Source: Haliotis cracherodii
Lineage: Eukaryota
NCBI RefSeq assembly: GCF_022045235.1
Contig: NW_027266297.1
Location: 68,200,001 to 68,264,000, forward strand
Direction: 5' to 3'
DNA: 64,000 bases
Position 1 is the first letter of the stretch. Every line of letters begins with the position of its first letter. Shown piece by piece: positions 63,401 to 64,000 of the stretch. The position numbers and the translations under genes are program-made. Below the pieces are notes generated by a model. It did no database searches, had not been told where the DNA came from, and was given only the letters and a program-made list of their open reading frames with translations.

Positions 63401-64000
63401 AAGTGGTTGTAGACCTGCATCATTTTGGGCTTAAGTGATACAAATGAACTCCTATTCAAGACTGCCTCAAAACTAGCTTACTCAATCAGCCTACACTTAC
63501 GGTTGTCGGGGAGACTAATGGTTGACATATATAAGACCTGCTTTCGATTCCCCTCATAAGGGTAATGTGTTTAATCTGTTATTGGCATCTCCCGCCGACA
63601 TTAAACTGCAATATTGATATTTTATATTCACTCTCATTCGACTTACGACATCCCGGAAAGTGTTATGTTGCAGTCACACCAGACATAGCTTGAGAAGTAT
63701 TATCGTAACCAGATTTCGCAACCATTGCCAGTTACAAGGGAAACAACCCTCACCACCAGCGTCATAATTAAGAATCAATAATAAGAAGAAGAAGTTAAAA
63801 GCTACCGATCATCAATCCATTGCCCCGAAGCGCTTCACCCGCTGTTGTATTGGTCAAACATTCTTAGCCGACTGGCCATGATCAATGACTTGTCTAAACT
63901 ACAAAACGAAAGTTCTGTTCTCGATTGATAGTTTAATCTACTGATGGATTAGGGAAGACATCACCATCTTATAATATGTAAAGGGTGTGAACCTAGAACA

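Noticed and set aside
60436-64000. Additional genes from short ORFs downstream of EB1
   Set aside because: No recognisable domains or exon chain; more likely a long 3' UTR (AATAAA near 62193) and intergenic DNA.

Overview
AT-rich, intron- and repeat-rich metazoan genomic DNA, probably a mollusc (inferred from repeat style, not proven). Host genes: two internal exons of a DAGK/ceramide-kinase-like gene (+; 2342-2529, 5570-5733); a complete 6-exon proteasome beta-2 gene PSMB2 (-; 22378-30587, 203 aa); and a complete EB1/MAPRE gene (+; 38254-60435, 270 aa) with a duplicated pair of 107-nt CH-domain exons that look mutually exclusive. The standout is an apparently intact 8.5-kb ISL2EU-type (PIF/Harbinger-related) DNA transposon at 12400-20910. 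It has imperfect ~26-bp TIRs, an AT target duplication and two convergent spliced genes: a THAP-HTH-DDE transposase and a SAP-SWIM-YqaJ (lambda-exonuclease-like) protein. An intron of the second gene carries an array of hairpin repeats. The element sits between arrays in which GATATC recurs about every 21 bp with mostly unique 15-nt spacers. The rest is minisatellites, three SINE-like families, several MITEs, a decayed pogo/Tigger transposase, an RLE-LINE 3' fragment and two N gaps. All coordinates and translations were read by hand; no searches were run.
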